Below are positions 38,293 through 47,544 of a DNA stretch of 64,000 nt, piece by piece. The DNA is taken from positions 40,719 to 104,718 of the forward strand of contig DASSSZ010000005.1 of assembly GCA_035708165.1 (NCBI GenBank), given 5' to 3'. Under the pieces are notes generated by a model. It ran no database searches. It was not told the origin of the DNA and saw only the letters and a list, made by a program, of their open reading frames with translations. Position numbers and translations under genes: made by a program. Position 1 is the stretch's first letter. Each line of letters starts with the position of its first letter. Source of the DNA: Minisyncoccota bacterium. GTDB lineage: Bacteria > Patescibacteriota > Minisyncoccia > Phycocordibacterales > UBA2100.

Positions 38293-40089
38293 ATGTTGAA
38301 ATCTCACATGCCGACACGTCGTGAGTTCTTCCTCCTCGCATTCCTCTTCGCCTACACCATCGCCTTCAGCGGCGTCGTCCTCGCCTGGACTGGCCCGACT
38401 GCGAGCGCGCCATCGAACAACGTCTCTGCCCCGATCAATGTCGGCTCAACCGCTCAGATCAAGACGGGCGGGTTCTGGGCCTCTTCCATCGGTTCGGATT
38501 CCGGCTACTGCATCGGCAGCTCGTGCATCACGAGCTGGCCGTCCGCGAGCACTGATCTCTGGACTAAGAGCGGATCGAGCATCTATTACAACACTGGCAA
38601 CGTCGGCATCGGCGTCACGAGCCCGTACTTCGCGCTGCAAGTCGATCAACCGTCCGCGACAGGCGGCGGCATCGCAGTCTCCACGAGCGGCCAGGATGGT
38701 AGTGCGCTCAATGGTATCAGTAACAGATATTCATATACACAGACCTCAAGCGCCACCCGGTACCCGATCGGGAATGCCAATTCCATTTACGCTAAGATCG
38801 CTTCCGGCGTGACGAACTCCGGCTACGTGATGGGTATTGACGACACGATCCTGCGCAACTACGCCGCGAATAGTGCCGATGACGGCACCCTCGCGAGTCT
38901 CATCGGCGAGCGCATCCAGTATGGCCACTACAATGTCGATCCGGGTTCGACACCGGTGACGACCGCTGCGATCGGCATCGAGATCAATCCGCTCGCATAC
39001 ACCGGCTCGATCGGCACCATGTATGACCTTCTCCTCTCCGGATCGAGCGGGAGCGATTTCGGGACGCACTACGGCATCTACCAGTCAGGCTCAGCGTTGA
39101 ACTATTTCGGAGGGAAGGTCGGCATCGGTACCTCGAATCCCAGCGCCACCCTCGACGTCAACGGCACTGCAGTCATTGGCCGCCCTTCGGATTATTGGGC
39201 TACCAGCGGCTTTTATGGTGTCAGTGGCTTAGGTCAGCTCAGCACGGACGGCTCTTATGAGACCTCCCTCACTTCAAACGGCTATCGTAACTCGAGCGGC
39301 ACCTGGACCTCTTACGGTGCGAATGGCTACACTGGTGCCTCTCAGATCGCCCTCAGTCCGCAGGGCTACATCGACTTTCGTGCCGACACATCGAAAGCTT
39401 CAGGTAGTGCGACTCACCCTGACACGGTCATGCGGATTACGCCTGCGGGGAGTGTGGGAATTGGCACCGCTTCGCCTGGCACCAAGCTCACCGTCGCTGG
39501 TGAGATCACGTCCACGAACGCCAACGCATTCCGCATGGCCTACGGCAACTACGGCGCATTCTGGCGCAACGACGGCAGCAATACCTACTTCCTCCTCACG
39601 AACTCGGGCGATCAGTACGGCACGTGGAACTCCCTGCGGCCGCTTACCATCAACGATTCGAGCGGGGCAGTGACGGTCGGGACAGGCCTTACGGTGAGCG
39701 GGAATGTCTCCGCAAGCGCCTTCCTCTATACCTCCGACCAGTCCCTCAAGCACAATGTGCAGACGATTCCCGACGCGCTCTCGCTGGTCGAGAAGCTGCG
39801 TGGCGTGATGTTCAACTGGAACAGCGATGATCGTCCCGATATGGGTGTGATTGCGCAGGAGGTGCAGAAGGTCCTCCCGCAGCTCGTGCACACCGATGCG
39901 GCGACCGGACTCGAATCAGTCGAATACGGCAACTTCATCGGCATTTTCATCGAGGCGATCAAGCAGGTGCAAGGAGAGGTGACGAATCTTCAGCAAGAGA
40001 ATGCGCAATTGACGCAGCAGAATGCGCAGCTCACGCAGGAAGTGCAATCGCTCGATGCACGTGTTTCAGCGCTTGAAGCGGCACGGTAG
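38293..40089 (+). CDS. secreted tail-fibre-like protein with C-terminal peptidase S74 intramolecular chaperone
   Basis: Signal peptide + WTGPT..P.NNV.APINV; GNVGIG repeats; RNDG..TYFLLTN..D.YG..N.LRP fibre module; SD..LK.NV..I..AL....LRG..F.W...G.IAQEV..V.P.LV; terminal coiled coil. Confidence 0.85.
   Translation: MLKSHMPTRREFFLLAFLFAYTIAFSGVVLAWTGPTASAPSNNVSAPINVGSTAQIKTGGFWASSIGSDSGYCIGSSCITSWPSASTDLWTKSGSSIYYNTGNVGIGVTSPYFALQVDQPSATGGGIAVSTSGQDGSALNGISNRYSYTQTSSATRYPIGNANSIYAKIASGVTNSGYVMGIDDTILRNYAANSADDGTLASLIGERIQYGHYNVDPGSTPVTTAAIGIEINPLAYTGSIGTMYDLLLSGSSGSDFGTHYGIYQSGSALNYFGGKVGIGTSNPSATLDVNGTAVIGRPSDYWATSGFYGVSGLGQLSTDGSYETSLTSNGYRNSSGTWTSYGANGYTGASQIALSPQGYIDFRADTSKASGSATHPDTVMRITPAGSVGIGTASPGTKLTVAGEITSTNANAFRMAYGNYGAFWRNDGSNTYFLLTNSGDQYGTWNSLRPLTINDSSGAVTVGTGLTVSGNVSASAFLYTSDQSLKHNVQTIPDALSLVEKLRGVMFNWNSDDRPDMGVIAQEVQKVLPQLVHTDAATGLESVEYGNFIGIFIEAIKQVQGEVTNLQQENAQLTQQNAQLTQEVQSLDARVSALEAAR
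38327..38390 (+). repeat. 64-bp exact repeat of 43170-43233
   Basis: Direct comparison; encodes the signal-peptide/WT junction of two fibre paralogues. Confidence 0.9.
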
Positions 40090-40099
40090 TTTAGGGGGC

Positions 40100-41317
40100 A
40101 TGATCGGTTTCGATTCTCAGCAACATGCCATATCACGACGATTCCTACGTCTGAGAGCGTGCAGGCTCTTTATCGGCAAGATTCTCTCCCTAGCCCTCAG
40201 TATCATCGTGGCGGTCGGCATACTGCCGATTCCTGCATCAGCGGCGAGCGGCTCGCAGTCCTACACGACTCCGGGGACGTATACGTTCACCATACCGGCG
40301 AACTACACGTCGCTCACCGTGCAGGTGTGGGGAGGTGGAGGCGGCGGAGGTGCATTGGGCGGCGGAGGCGGCGGCGCATACAATACGAAGACATTCGCTG
40401 CAGGCGCGTTGTCGGGATCGGTGACAGTGACGGTGGGTGCCGGCGGCGCCGGCATGCCGTTCGACTCGTACACGTCTGGCGGTGTGACTGGCGGCACGAG
40501 TAGCTTCGGATCGTATGTTGCTGCCTATGGCGGCGGAGGAGGAGGAGCCGGTTCGAATTCGGCGTATGCCGGTGCCGGCGGCGGCGGACAAAGCGCTGCG
40601 GGCCAGATCGGAGGGTACACGTCCGGCGGCGCGGGCGGCAGTCCGTCCGGCGGCGCGGGCGGCGCATCATCGATAGGTGGTAGCAAGCAGGCTCAGACGA
40701 CCGCTCAGCCTGGAGGTAATTCCGTATATGGCGGCGGAGGCGGTGGCGGCATAGCTATCAATTCTATCTCGAATGGCGCAGCGGGTGGCTCCTCGACGTA
40801 CGGCGGCGGAGGCGGCGGAGGCTTCGGGGGCGCCAATAGTTCGGGCGCAGGCGGCTCCTCGACCTACGGCGGAGGCGGTGGCGGGGCAGGGGAGGATAAC
40901 AACGGCGCGCACGCGGGTGCGGGTGGCTACTCGACGAGCGGCGGCGCTGGAGGTGCGGGCTGCAACCTGACCAGTTCTCTCGCTGTCATTTCTCCTGCGC
41001 AGTCCGGTTACTTCCCGGCGGGCGGAGGCGGAGGCGGATACAGGCAGAGCTGTGTCGGCGGCAATGGCGCAGGCGGCGAAGTCGTCATCACCTGGACCGC
41101 TTCGAACTGCCCGACGGCCATCACATCCGCAGCGGGCGGTAAGGGATTCCAGCTCCTCGCGAACATCGCGAATCGGCTGATCAGCGCCGTCGGCATCAAT
41201 ACATGCGTCACGAACACCACCGGCAACAGCTACTTCATCCCTTCGAATACCGCAGCTGAACTGCAGAGCTTCCTGAACGCGGCCTCCCGCCTCGGCGTGA
41301 CGGTGTTCACACCGTAG
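40100..41317 (+). CDS. secreted polyglycine-rich (adhesin-tip-like) protein
   Basis: Signal peptide; YTTPGTYTF.IP.....V.VWGGGGGG...G.G..GEVVITW glycine-rich domain; C-terminal YFIP domain. Confidence 0.75.
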   Translation: MIGFDSQQHAISRRFLRLRACRLFIGKILSLALSIIVAVGILPIPASAASGSQSYTTPGTYTFTIPANYTSLTVQVWGGGGGGGALGGGGGGAYNTKTFAAGALSGSVTVTVGAGGAGMPFDSYTSGGVTGGTSSFGSYVAAYGGGGGGAGSNSAYAGAGGGGQSAAGQIGGYTSGGAGGSPSGGAGGASSIGGSKQAQTTAQPGGNSVYGGGGGGGIAINSISNGAAGGSSTYGGGGGGGFGGANSSGAGGSSTYGGGGGGAGEDNNGAHAGAGGYSTSGGAGGAGCNLTSSLAVISPAQSGYFPAGGGGGGYRQSCVGGNGAGGEVVITWTASNCPTAITSAAGGKGFQLLANIANRLISAVGINTCVTNTTGNSYFIPSNTAAELQSFLNAASRLGVTVFTP

Positions 41318-41459
41318 CGAGTTACCCACAGGCACTCCCTGTCATCCCCTCAATGCGGTGTCGCGGTCGGCTCTCGATGAGCATCTAGTGCTGCACGTCT
41401 GCTCATTCCTGTGCACATTCCGCATCAATCGACCGGAAATAGGCGGGTATACTAGAGAC

Positions 41460-42299
41460 ATGATGCTCGTGGTTCCTGAGGTGGGCGATGTATCGCGATG
41501 TGCCGGCGCACGCGCATCGCGCGGCGAAATTCGCACGGAGCTGCTGGCGTTTGTCGGGCTGTGCATCGCGCTCTGCCTCGTCGGTCTAGCATACTATGCC
41601 TCCCAGTATCGGCAGGGGGCATCGGCGGCCGCATCTTCTGCGGCTTCCCATGATACGACCGCGCTGGCGCTCTCGTCGACTGAAGTGAGCACCTCCTCAT
41701 TGCCGGCGACCTTCGCGCCTGCGAGCGACACGGTGACCCTCTACGAATTCGATTCATTCGATCCATCCTGCACCTCGTGCGCAGGCGTGCATGCAGCGGT
41801 CATGGCGGCGGTCGCGTCCCTGCCGAGCAGCGCGGTGTATCATTTCCGCGCGTACCCGATCGCACGTCCGCTCTCGGACGATGCGTCCTCGACGCCAGTG
41901 TTCGATCCGCGCGACATCCTGGGGCTGTGCATCGCCTCGGCCACACAGGCGCAAGGTGATGGTGCGATCCTCGCGTATGCCGCAGCTGCATACGCGAGCG
42001 CGAGCGCGACGCCTGATGCGCTTCTGAGCGCGATCCCTGCTGCGGATCGCGATGCGGCGGAGAACTGCGTCGCCGCGATGCCCGAGAACGACATGCCGAT
42101 CACCGATGTGCTCTCACGGTACCAGTACGACCAGGTGCCGAGCGCGCCCGCCGTATTCATCCAGATTCCGGGCGTACCTGATCCGATTTCGATCGGCGCT
42201 GACCCGAAGAACATCGCGGCCGTGCTGCAGTCGCTGGTCGCCGACCCGGCCGGTTTCGCCGCATCGCTGAGGGAGCAATATGAGAAACGTGCGCAGTAG
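41460..42299 (+). CDS. membrane-anchored DsbA/thioredoxin-fold protein
   Basis: TM, then YEFDSFDPSCTSC, HFRAYP, APAVFI (cis-Pro loop). Confidence 0.6.
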   Translation: MMLVVPEVGDVSRCAGARASRGEIRTELLAFVGLCIALCLVGLAYYASQYRQGASAAASSAASHDTTALALSSTEVSTSSLPATFAPASDTVTLYEFDSFDPSCTSCAGVHAAVMAAVASLPSSAVYHFRAYPIARPLSDDASSTPVFDPRDILGLCIASATQAQGDGAILAYAAAAYASASATPDALLSAIPAADRDAAENCVAAMPENDMPITDVLSRYQYDQVPSAPAVFIQIPGVPDPISIGADPKNIAAVLQSLVADPAGFAASLREQYEKRAQ

Positions 42300-43029
42300 G
42301 AAATGGCAGCTGTTCTGCCTGTGCGCGGCAGGCGCCGTGCTCGTGCTTGGCGCGCGCGAGGCGTTCGCCATCAATGCGATCTCGGAAGGATTCAAGGTGA
42401 ACGGCACAAGCCAGCAGATCAGCGCCTATAGCAGCTGCTACGAAGCGAATTCGACGAACGGCGCCGCGTATTTCTTTCCGTCGAAGACCTCGACCGAGTT
42501 CAGTTCGTTCGTGAACCACAAGCCCGCAGCCGTGAACCTGAACGCATGTCAGATGCTGACCGGCGGGAAACATACGGCTGTCGACTGCTCCGGAGCCGGG
42601 GGATCGACATTCGACGGCCTCTGCAAATTCGCCGGATCGGTCTGTCCGTCAAGCTGGACAGCTTCCGGCTACGTCGACTGGCCGAGCTTCTCGTGTTCTG
42701 CGGTCTCTTCGTATGTGTGCGATGCGGGCACGCAGTACACCGGACCGACGAGCTGCAGCGGCGGGAGCAGCTTCTCTTCTTCTGGCATCACGCCTTCCTG
42801 CTCGTATGGTTATACCTCGAGCTCGTACGGAGCGTACACCACGTACGGATGGACCAACCCTCCATGCGGGTATCAAGACGTCTGCGGCGGGTTCCCGTAT
42901 AGCTGCACGCTTCAATATGTGTGCCCGGCCCCTGTATACGGGCCCATCACGGCGTATGGAGAGATTTGCTCGCCAGTGTCGGAGACCTGCAGAGAGCCAT
43001 ATGCTCCAAGCGCGATTTATTGCGAATAG
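42280..43029 (+). CDS. secreted Cys-rich protein
   Basis: Signal peptide; YFFPSKT..EF.SF module; many Cys. Confidence 0.7.
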   Translation: MRNVRSRKWQLFCLCAAGAVLVLGAREAFAINAISEGFKVNGTSQQISAYSSCYEANSTNGAAYFFPSKTSTEFSSFVNHKPAAVNLNACQMLTGGKHTAVDCSGAGGSTFDGLCKFAGSVCPSSWTASGYVDWPSFSCSAVSSYVCDAGTQYTGPTSCSGGSSFSSSGITPSCSYGYTSSSYGAYTTYGWTNPPCGYQDVCGGFPYSCTLQYVCPAPVYGPITAYGEICSPVSETCREPYAPSAIYCE

Positions 43030-43096
43030 ATCTCACCGAGATACGTTATCAACAAGCGGGCGCCGGCGAATGGCCGCCGTGGTGTAATCTAATGGC

Positions 43097-44902
43097 ATGA
43101 ATAGTAACGGTAATGATGGCATGCACTCATTGCGCCGCTCCCTCGCCGGGCTTTCAGGCCGCAGCAACCTCTTCCTCCTCGCATTCCTCTTCGCCTACAC
43201 CATCGCCTTCAGCGGCGTCGTCCTCGCCTGGACCGGCCCCACGGCAAGCGCGCCATCGAACAACGTCTCTGCGCCGGTCAATGTCGGTGCGACGAGCCAA
43301 ATCAAAACCGGCGGCTTCTGGGCTTCTTCTATCGGCTCCGACAATGGCTACTGCATCGGTAGCTCGTGCATCACCTCGTGGCCCTCTGGCCTTGGCGGCT
43401 CGGGATCGACGAACTATGTCCCGAAGTTCACTGCCGGCACGACCTTGGGCAATTCGCTTATCTCCGACAATGGTTCGACGGTCGTCGTGCACGGTACTGG
43501 CAACACCACGACCTGGGCATTCGAAGGCTTGGGTGGCTATGAAGGCGTCTACGGCTCTGGGACCAACATCGGCCTCTATGGCGCCACGTCGGGCAGTACC
43601 GGCGGCTGGGCGATCGAAGGCGTCGGCAGCAACACCTCGAGCAATGGCATCTACGGGCAGGGAACCAATGTCGCGACGGAAGCATACAACCCGACGAGCG
43701 GCAGCCGTGTCTATCTTGGCTACGGGAACTATGGCATCTACTCCAGTGCGCCGACTAACTACTTCAGCGGCAACGTCGGGATCGGCGATTCCTCGCCCTC
43801 GACCGATCTCGACGTGGCGGGCGATATCTGGACGTCAGCGGCAGGCAGCGGCCGCAGCTCGTTCTATGACCTGGCTGGTGGCAAGATCGCCGCAGGCTCG
43901 AGCCTCTATTCGTACGGCGACATCTGCACCGGCAACAACAGCGGCGCGTGCACTGGTACGGGCGGCGTCGTGATCGGCAATACGAATGCATCCGCTGCGG
44001 TGAACGTCACGAATGCCGGTACTATCCGCACGAACGGAGAAGTGCAATCCGCTTCAGCGAACGCCTTCCGCATGGTCTACGGCAACTACGGCGCCTTCTG
44101 GCGCAATGACGGTTCGAATACTTACTTCCTTCTCACCAATTCCGGTGATCAATATGGCACCTACAATTCGTTGCGTCCGCTCTGGATTAATGATGCGAAT
44201 GGGAGTGTCGGGATCGGTACGTCGTTGAGTGTGCCGAGCATCAAATTCTCTGATGGTACGACGCAGACGACGGCAGCGACCGGAGGGAATTCGCATGCGC
44301 AGATATTCACCTCAAGCGGTACCTGGACGAAGCCTTCCGGAGTCAATGTGGTTATCGCGCAATGCTGGGGCGGTGGAGGTGGTGGACTGTCCGATCCGAG
44401 TTATCACCAGGTTGATGCTGGCGGTGGTGGCGGAGGATATCTTGAAATGACGTTTGCTGCGTCTCAAATCGCCTCATCAGTAGCGGTTACGGTGGGCGGC
44501 GGCGGTGCGGGGACAACCTCGAGTGGACAGACTGCCTATGCCGGCAATGGTGGTACGTCAAGTTTCGGACCCTATCTCTCCGTGCAGGGCGGGAGCGGTG
44601 CTTACCACATCACTAATAATAGCGCATGGACTCCTGGGGCTGGTGGTGGCGGCGGGCTCTATGGTCCGGGGAATGGCGGATCCGGTGCATCTGGCCAGTC
44701 GGGCTCGACGATGGCAGTTGGGGCAGGGGCTTCGGCATTCGGTGGTGGTGGCGGTGGTGGTGGGACCACGGTTTCTAGCGGAGGAACATCTCAGAATGGA
44801 GGAGCCGGCGGAGCGGACGGTTATGCTGGTGCTGCACCAGGCGGCGGCGGAGGTGGCGGTGCATCGGGTGCCCGCGGGGAGTGCATCATTTACTCCTACT
44901 AG
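43097..44902 (+). CDS. secreted tail-fibre-like protein with fused C-terminal polyglycine domain
   Basis: Same N-terminus and RNDG fibre module as 38293-40089; FSDGTTQTTA; FTSSGTWTKPSGV....CWGGGGGG. Confidence 0.85.
   Translation: MNSNGNDGMHSLRRSLAGLSGRSNLFLLAFLFAYTIAFSGVVLAWTGPTASAPSNNVSAPVNVGATSQIKTGGFWASSIGSDNGYCIGSSCITSWPSGLGGSGSTNYVPKFTAGTTLGNSLISDNGSTVVVHGTGNTTTWAFEGLGGYEGVYGSGTNIGLYGATSGSTGGWAIEGVGSNTSSNGIYGQGTNVATEAYNPTSGSRVYLGYGNYGIYSSAPTNYFSGNVGIGDSSPSTDLDVAGDIWTSAAGSGRSSFYDLAGGKIAAGSSLYSYGDICTGNNSGACTGTGGVVIGNTNASAAVNVTNAGTIRTNGEVQSASANAFRMVYGNYGAFWRNDGSNTYFLLTNSGDQYGTYNSLRPLWINDANGSVGIGTSLSVPSIKFSDGTTQTTAATGGNSHAQIFTSSGTWTKPSGVNVVIAQCWGGGGGGLSDPSYHQVDAGGGGGGYLEMTFAASQIASSVAVTVGGGGAGTTSSGQTAYAGNGGTSSFGPYLSVQGGSGAYHITNNSAWTPGAGGGGGLYGPGNGGSGASGQSGSTMAVGAGASAFGGGGGGGGTTVSSGGTSQNGGAGGADGYAGAAPGGGGGGGASGARGECIIYSY
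43170..43233 (+). repeat. 64-bp exact repeat of 38327-38390
   Basis: Direct comparison. Confidence 0.9.
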
Positions 44903-44982
44903 CGCCTCGCAAGCCTCTGAAAGACGCGCGGAGCCTGCGGCCCGCGCGTCTTTCGCGCGTATGCACCGGTTGCGCATATGGC

Positions 44983-45011
44983 TTGACGTAGCGCATATGC
45001 TTGGATAGTAT
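44983..45011 (+). promoter_or_regulatory. sigma70 promoter of tuf
   Basis: TTGACG-17nt-TAGTAT. Confidence 0.6.
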
Positions 45012-45185
45012 TGCGGCACGCAGAGGCGTTTTTTGTTTGCTCATTGCCAGGCCGGAATCAGCCACACTGGGCGGCAGGATCGCATACTGCACCTTATTAT
45101 CCAGCGGAGTTGCTAGAGAAGAGGGAAGGTTCTCGTGCCCCCATCTCTGGTAGCTCGGTTCGTATGGCTAACTACTGATAATCGT

Positions 45186-46382
45186 ATGGCAGCAGATTTC
45201 GACCGTTCGAAGCCGCACGTCAACGTCGGCACCATCGGCCACGTCGACCACGGCAAGACCACGCTGACCGCCGCGATCCTCCACGTCATCAGCATGATGG
45301 GCGAGGGCTACGGCGCGAACGTGAAGGGTGTCGACCAGATCGACAACGCCCCGGAGGAGCGCGAGCGCGGCATCACCATCGCGCTTTCGCACAACGAGTA
45401 CTGGACGCCGACCCGCCACTACGCGCACATCGATGCGCCGGGTCACGCGGACTATATCAAGAACATGATCACGGGTGCCGCCCAGATGGACGGCGCGATC
45501 CTCGTGGTCGCCGCGACTGACGGCGCCATGCCGCAGACGCGCGAGCACATCCTCTTGGCTCGCCAGGTCGGCGTGCCGAAGATCATCGTCTTCCTCAACA
45601 AGGTGGACATGGTCGACGACGCCGACATGATCGACCTCGTGGAAGAGGAGATCCGCGATCTCCTCGGGAAGCAGGAGTTCGACAAGGACTGCCCTGTCAT
45701 CCGCGGCTCGGGCCTCAAGGCGCTCGAGGCATCGAGCATCGATGACGAGTGGGCGCAGAAGGTCGCCGAGCTCGTGAAGACGATGGATGAGTACATCCCG
45801 ACTCCGGAGCGCGACACGGCCAAGCCGTTCCTCATGCCGATCGAGGACATCTTCTCGATCGAGGGCCGCGGCACCGTCGTGACCGGCCGCATCGAGCGCG
45901 GCGTCGTGAAGACGGGCGAGGAAGTCGAGATCGTGGGCATCAAGCCGACGACCAAGACGACCGTGACCGGCATCGAGATGTTCAACAAGCAGCTCTCGGA
46001 GGGGCAGGCTGGCGACAACGCCGGCATCCTCCTGCGCGGCACCAAGAAGGAGGACGTGCATCGCGGCCAGGTCCTGGCAGCGACCGGCTCCGTCAAGCCG
46101 CACACCGAGTTCGAGGCCGAGGTCTACGTCCTCTCGAAGGATGAGGGCGGCCGCCACACCCCGTTCTTCAGCGGGTACAAGCCGCAGTTCTACCTGCGCA
46201 CCACGGACGTGACCGGCGAGGTGACCCTGGCCGATGGCGTCGAGATGGTCATGCCGGGCGACACCGCGACCTTCAAGGTCAAGCTCGTGGGCCCGGTGGC
46301 GCTTGAGGAGCAGCAGCGCTTCGCGATCCGCGAAGGCGGCCGCACCGTCGGCGCCGGCGTCATCACCAAGATCGTCGCCTAA
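45186..46382 (+). CDS. tuf: elongation factor Tu
   Basis: [37 protein letters not shown]. Confidence 0.98.
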   Translation: MAADFDRSKPHVNVGTIGHVDHGKTTLTAAILHVISMMGEGYGANVKGVDQIDNAPEERERGITIALSHNEYWTPTRHYAHIDAPGHADYIKNMITGAAQMDGAILVVAATDGAMPQTREHILLARQVGVPKIIVFLNKVDMVDDADMIDLVEEEIRDLLGKQEFDKDCPVIRGSGLKALEASSIDDEWAQKVAELVKTMDEYIPTPERDTAKPFLMPIEDIFSIEGRGTVVTGRIERGVVKTGEEVEIVGIKPTTKTTVTGIEMFNKQLSEGQAGDNAGILLRGTKKEDVHRGQVLAATGSVKPHTEFEAEVYVLSKDEGGRHTPFFSGYKPQFYLRTTDVTGEVTLADGVEMVMPGDTATFKVKLVGPVALEEQQRFAIREGGRTVGAGVITKIVA

Positions 46383-46414
46383 CCCTTCTCTCTAGCAGCT
46401 CACTCGCATCACCC

Positions 46415-46765
46415 ATGGCAACCGCACCCAAGACCGCACGCAAAGCAGCCGCTTCGAGCGGGCCGCGCCTGCGCATCACTGTCCGCGCGTACGAGCACCG
46501 GGTGCTGGATGCATCCGTGAAGCAGATCATCGACACGGCGGCGCGCTATTCCGCGACCGTCGTCGGGCCGGTGCCGCTGCCGACGGACATCAGGAAGTAC
46601 ACCGTGAACCGCTCGACTTTCGTCCACAAGGACGCACGAGAACAGTTCGAGATGCGCGTGCACAAGCGCCTGATCGACATCCTCAACCCCGAGGCAAAGG
46701 TGATCGAAGCGCTCTCTAACATCGATCTCCCGTCCGGTGTCTCCATCGACGTGAAGATGATGTAA
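46415..46765 (+). CDS. rpsJ: 30S ribosomal protein S10
   Basis: GPVPLPT, REQFEMRVHKRLIDI. Confidence 0.97.
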   Translation: MATAPKTARKAAASSGPRLRITVRAYEHRVLDASVKQIIDTAARYSATVVGPVPLPTDIRKYTVNRSTFVHKDAREQFEMRVHKRLIDILNPEAKVIEALSNIDLPSGVSIDVKMM

Positions 46766-46782
46766 TCGGAGCTTCGCTCCAT

Positions 46783-46813
46783 GAAACGCCACCGCTCAAT
46801 GCGGTGGCGTTTC
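46783..46813 (+). terminator. terminator hairpin after rpsJ
   Basis: GAAACGCCACCGC-TCAAT-GCGGTGGCGTTTC. Confidence 0.7.
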
Positions 46814-46921
46814 GTTCACGGCAGCTGCATGGTGCATCGGGCAGGATGGGGCAAGAGCAGCATTTCACGAAGCGAGCGCATGGCGAGCACGGATCGCATC
46901 GCGCACGAGAGGGAGGCATGC

Positions 46922-47386
46922 ATGGTTCATTACCCGGTCATCGACTGTTCGGCGGTACCGTCCGTACCGGACGGCTTGCGTATCCTGCCCCGCGACTGGC
47001 AGCTTCCCGGACGGATACGGGACACCATACGGTGGCACCCACTGCGCGCGGACCTGTTCCAGACCGCACTGCAGCGGGAGGGGATACCGGTTTCCGGGCA
47101 GTACTTGCTCGGCGAGCTGCAGGATGAGCCGGTGCTCCCGGCATCCGTCCTGGATGCGTTCCTCGCGACAGGGTTCGAGGGCGTGCCTGCGACCTGGAAA
47201 CCGATGCGGGAGCCGCGCCCGATCATCTGCTTCTACGGGACCATCTATGCGAGCAGGGAAACGCAGGAGGGCATGGACGCGGGCGTGCGCTGCATCACCT
47301 GGCGGCGTGCCCGATGGGAGGAGGAGTATCGTCCGCTCAGCGAGCCGTTCGGGCAGGATATGTTCGCAGCGACGTGGTTCGGCTGA
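46922..47386 (+). CDS. hypothetical protein (CPR family with an aromatic-rich C-terminus)
   Basis: GGAGG Shine-Dalgarno; IDC...P.VP.G, LD..L....P..WK, F.GTIY, VRC..W...W. Confidence 0.65.
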   Translation: MVHYPVIDCSAVPSVPDGLRILPRDWQLPGRIRDTIRWHPLRADLFQTALQREGIPVSGQYLLGELQDEPVLPASVLDAFLATGFEGVPATWKPMREPRPIICFYGTIYASRETQEGMDAGVRCITWRRARWEEEYRPLSEPFGQDMFAATWFG

Positions 47387-47419
47387 TACGGCGGCCCTGG
47401 GAAACCGGGGCCGCTTCGT

Positions 47420-47447
47420 TTGCATCCCTGAGGAAAGCGTGTATACT
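47420..47447 (+). promoter_or_regulatory. sigma70 promoter of rplC
   Basis: TTGCAT-16nt-TATACT. Confidence 0.6.
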
Positions 47448-47544
47448 GCCCCCACGCCAAGTCCTCGGACGGAGGACCAATGGAGTTCCGGCACCCTGAA
47501 TCAGGGGCTGGCGCGCCAGAAGGGCGCTTTTTTCATTCCATACC

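Noticed and set aside
36734-44902. Prophage
   Set aside because: Only fibre-like modules, all with export signals; no capsid, portal, terminase, integrase or lysis genes
38293-44902. DGR template/variable repeat pair or shufflon
   Set aside because: Differences between paralogous blocks are mostly synonymous third-position changes rather than adenine-specific; both copies are coding and co-oriented; no RT or invertase in the window
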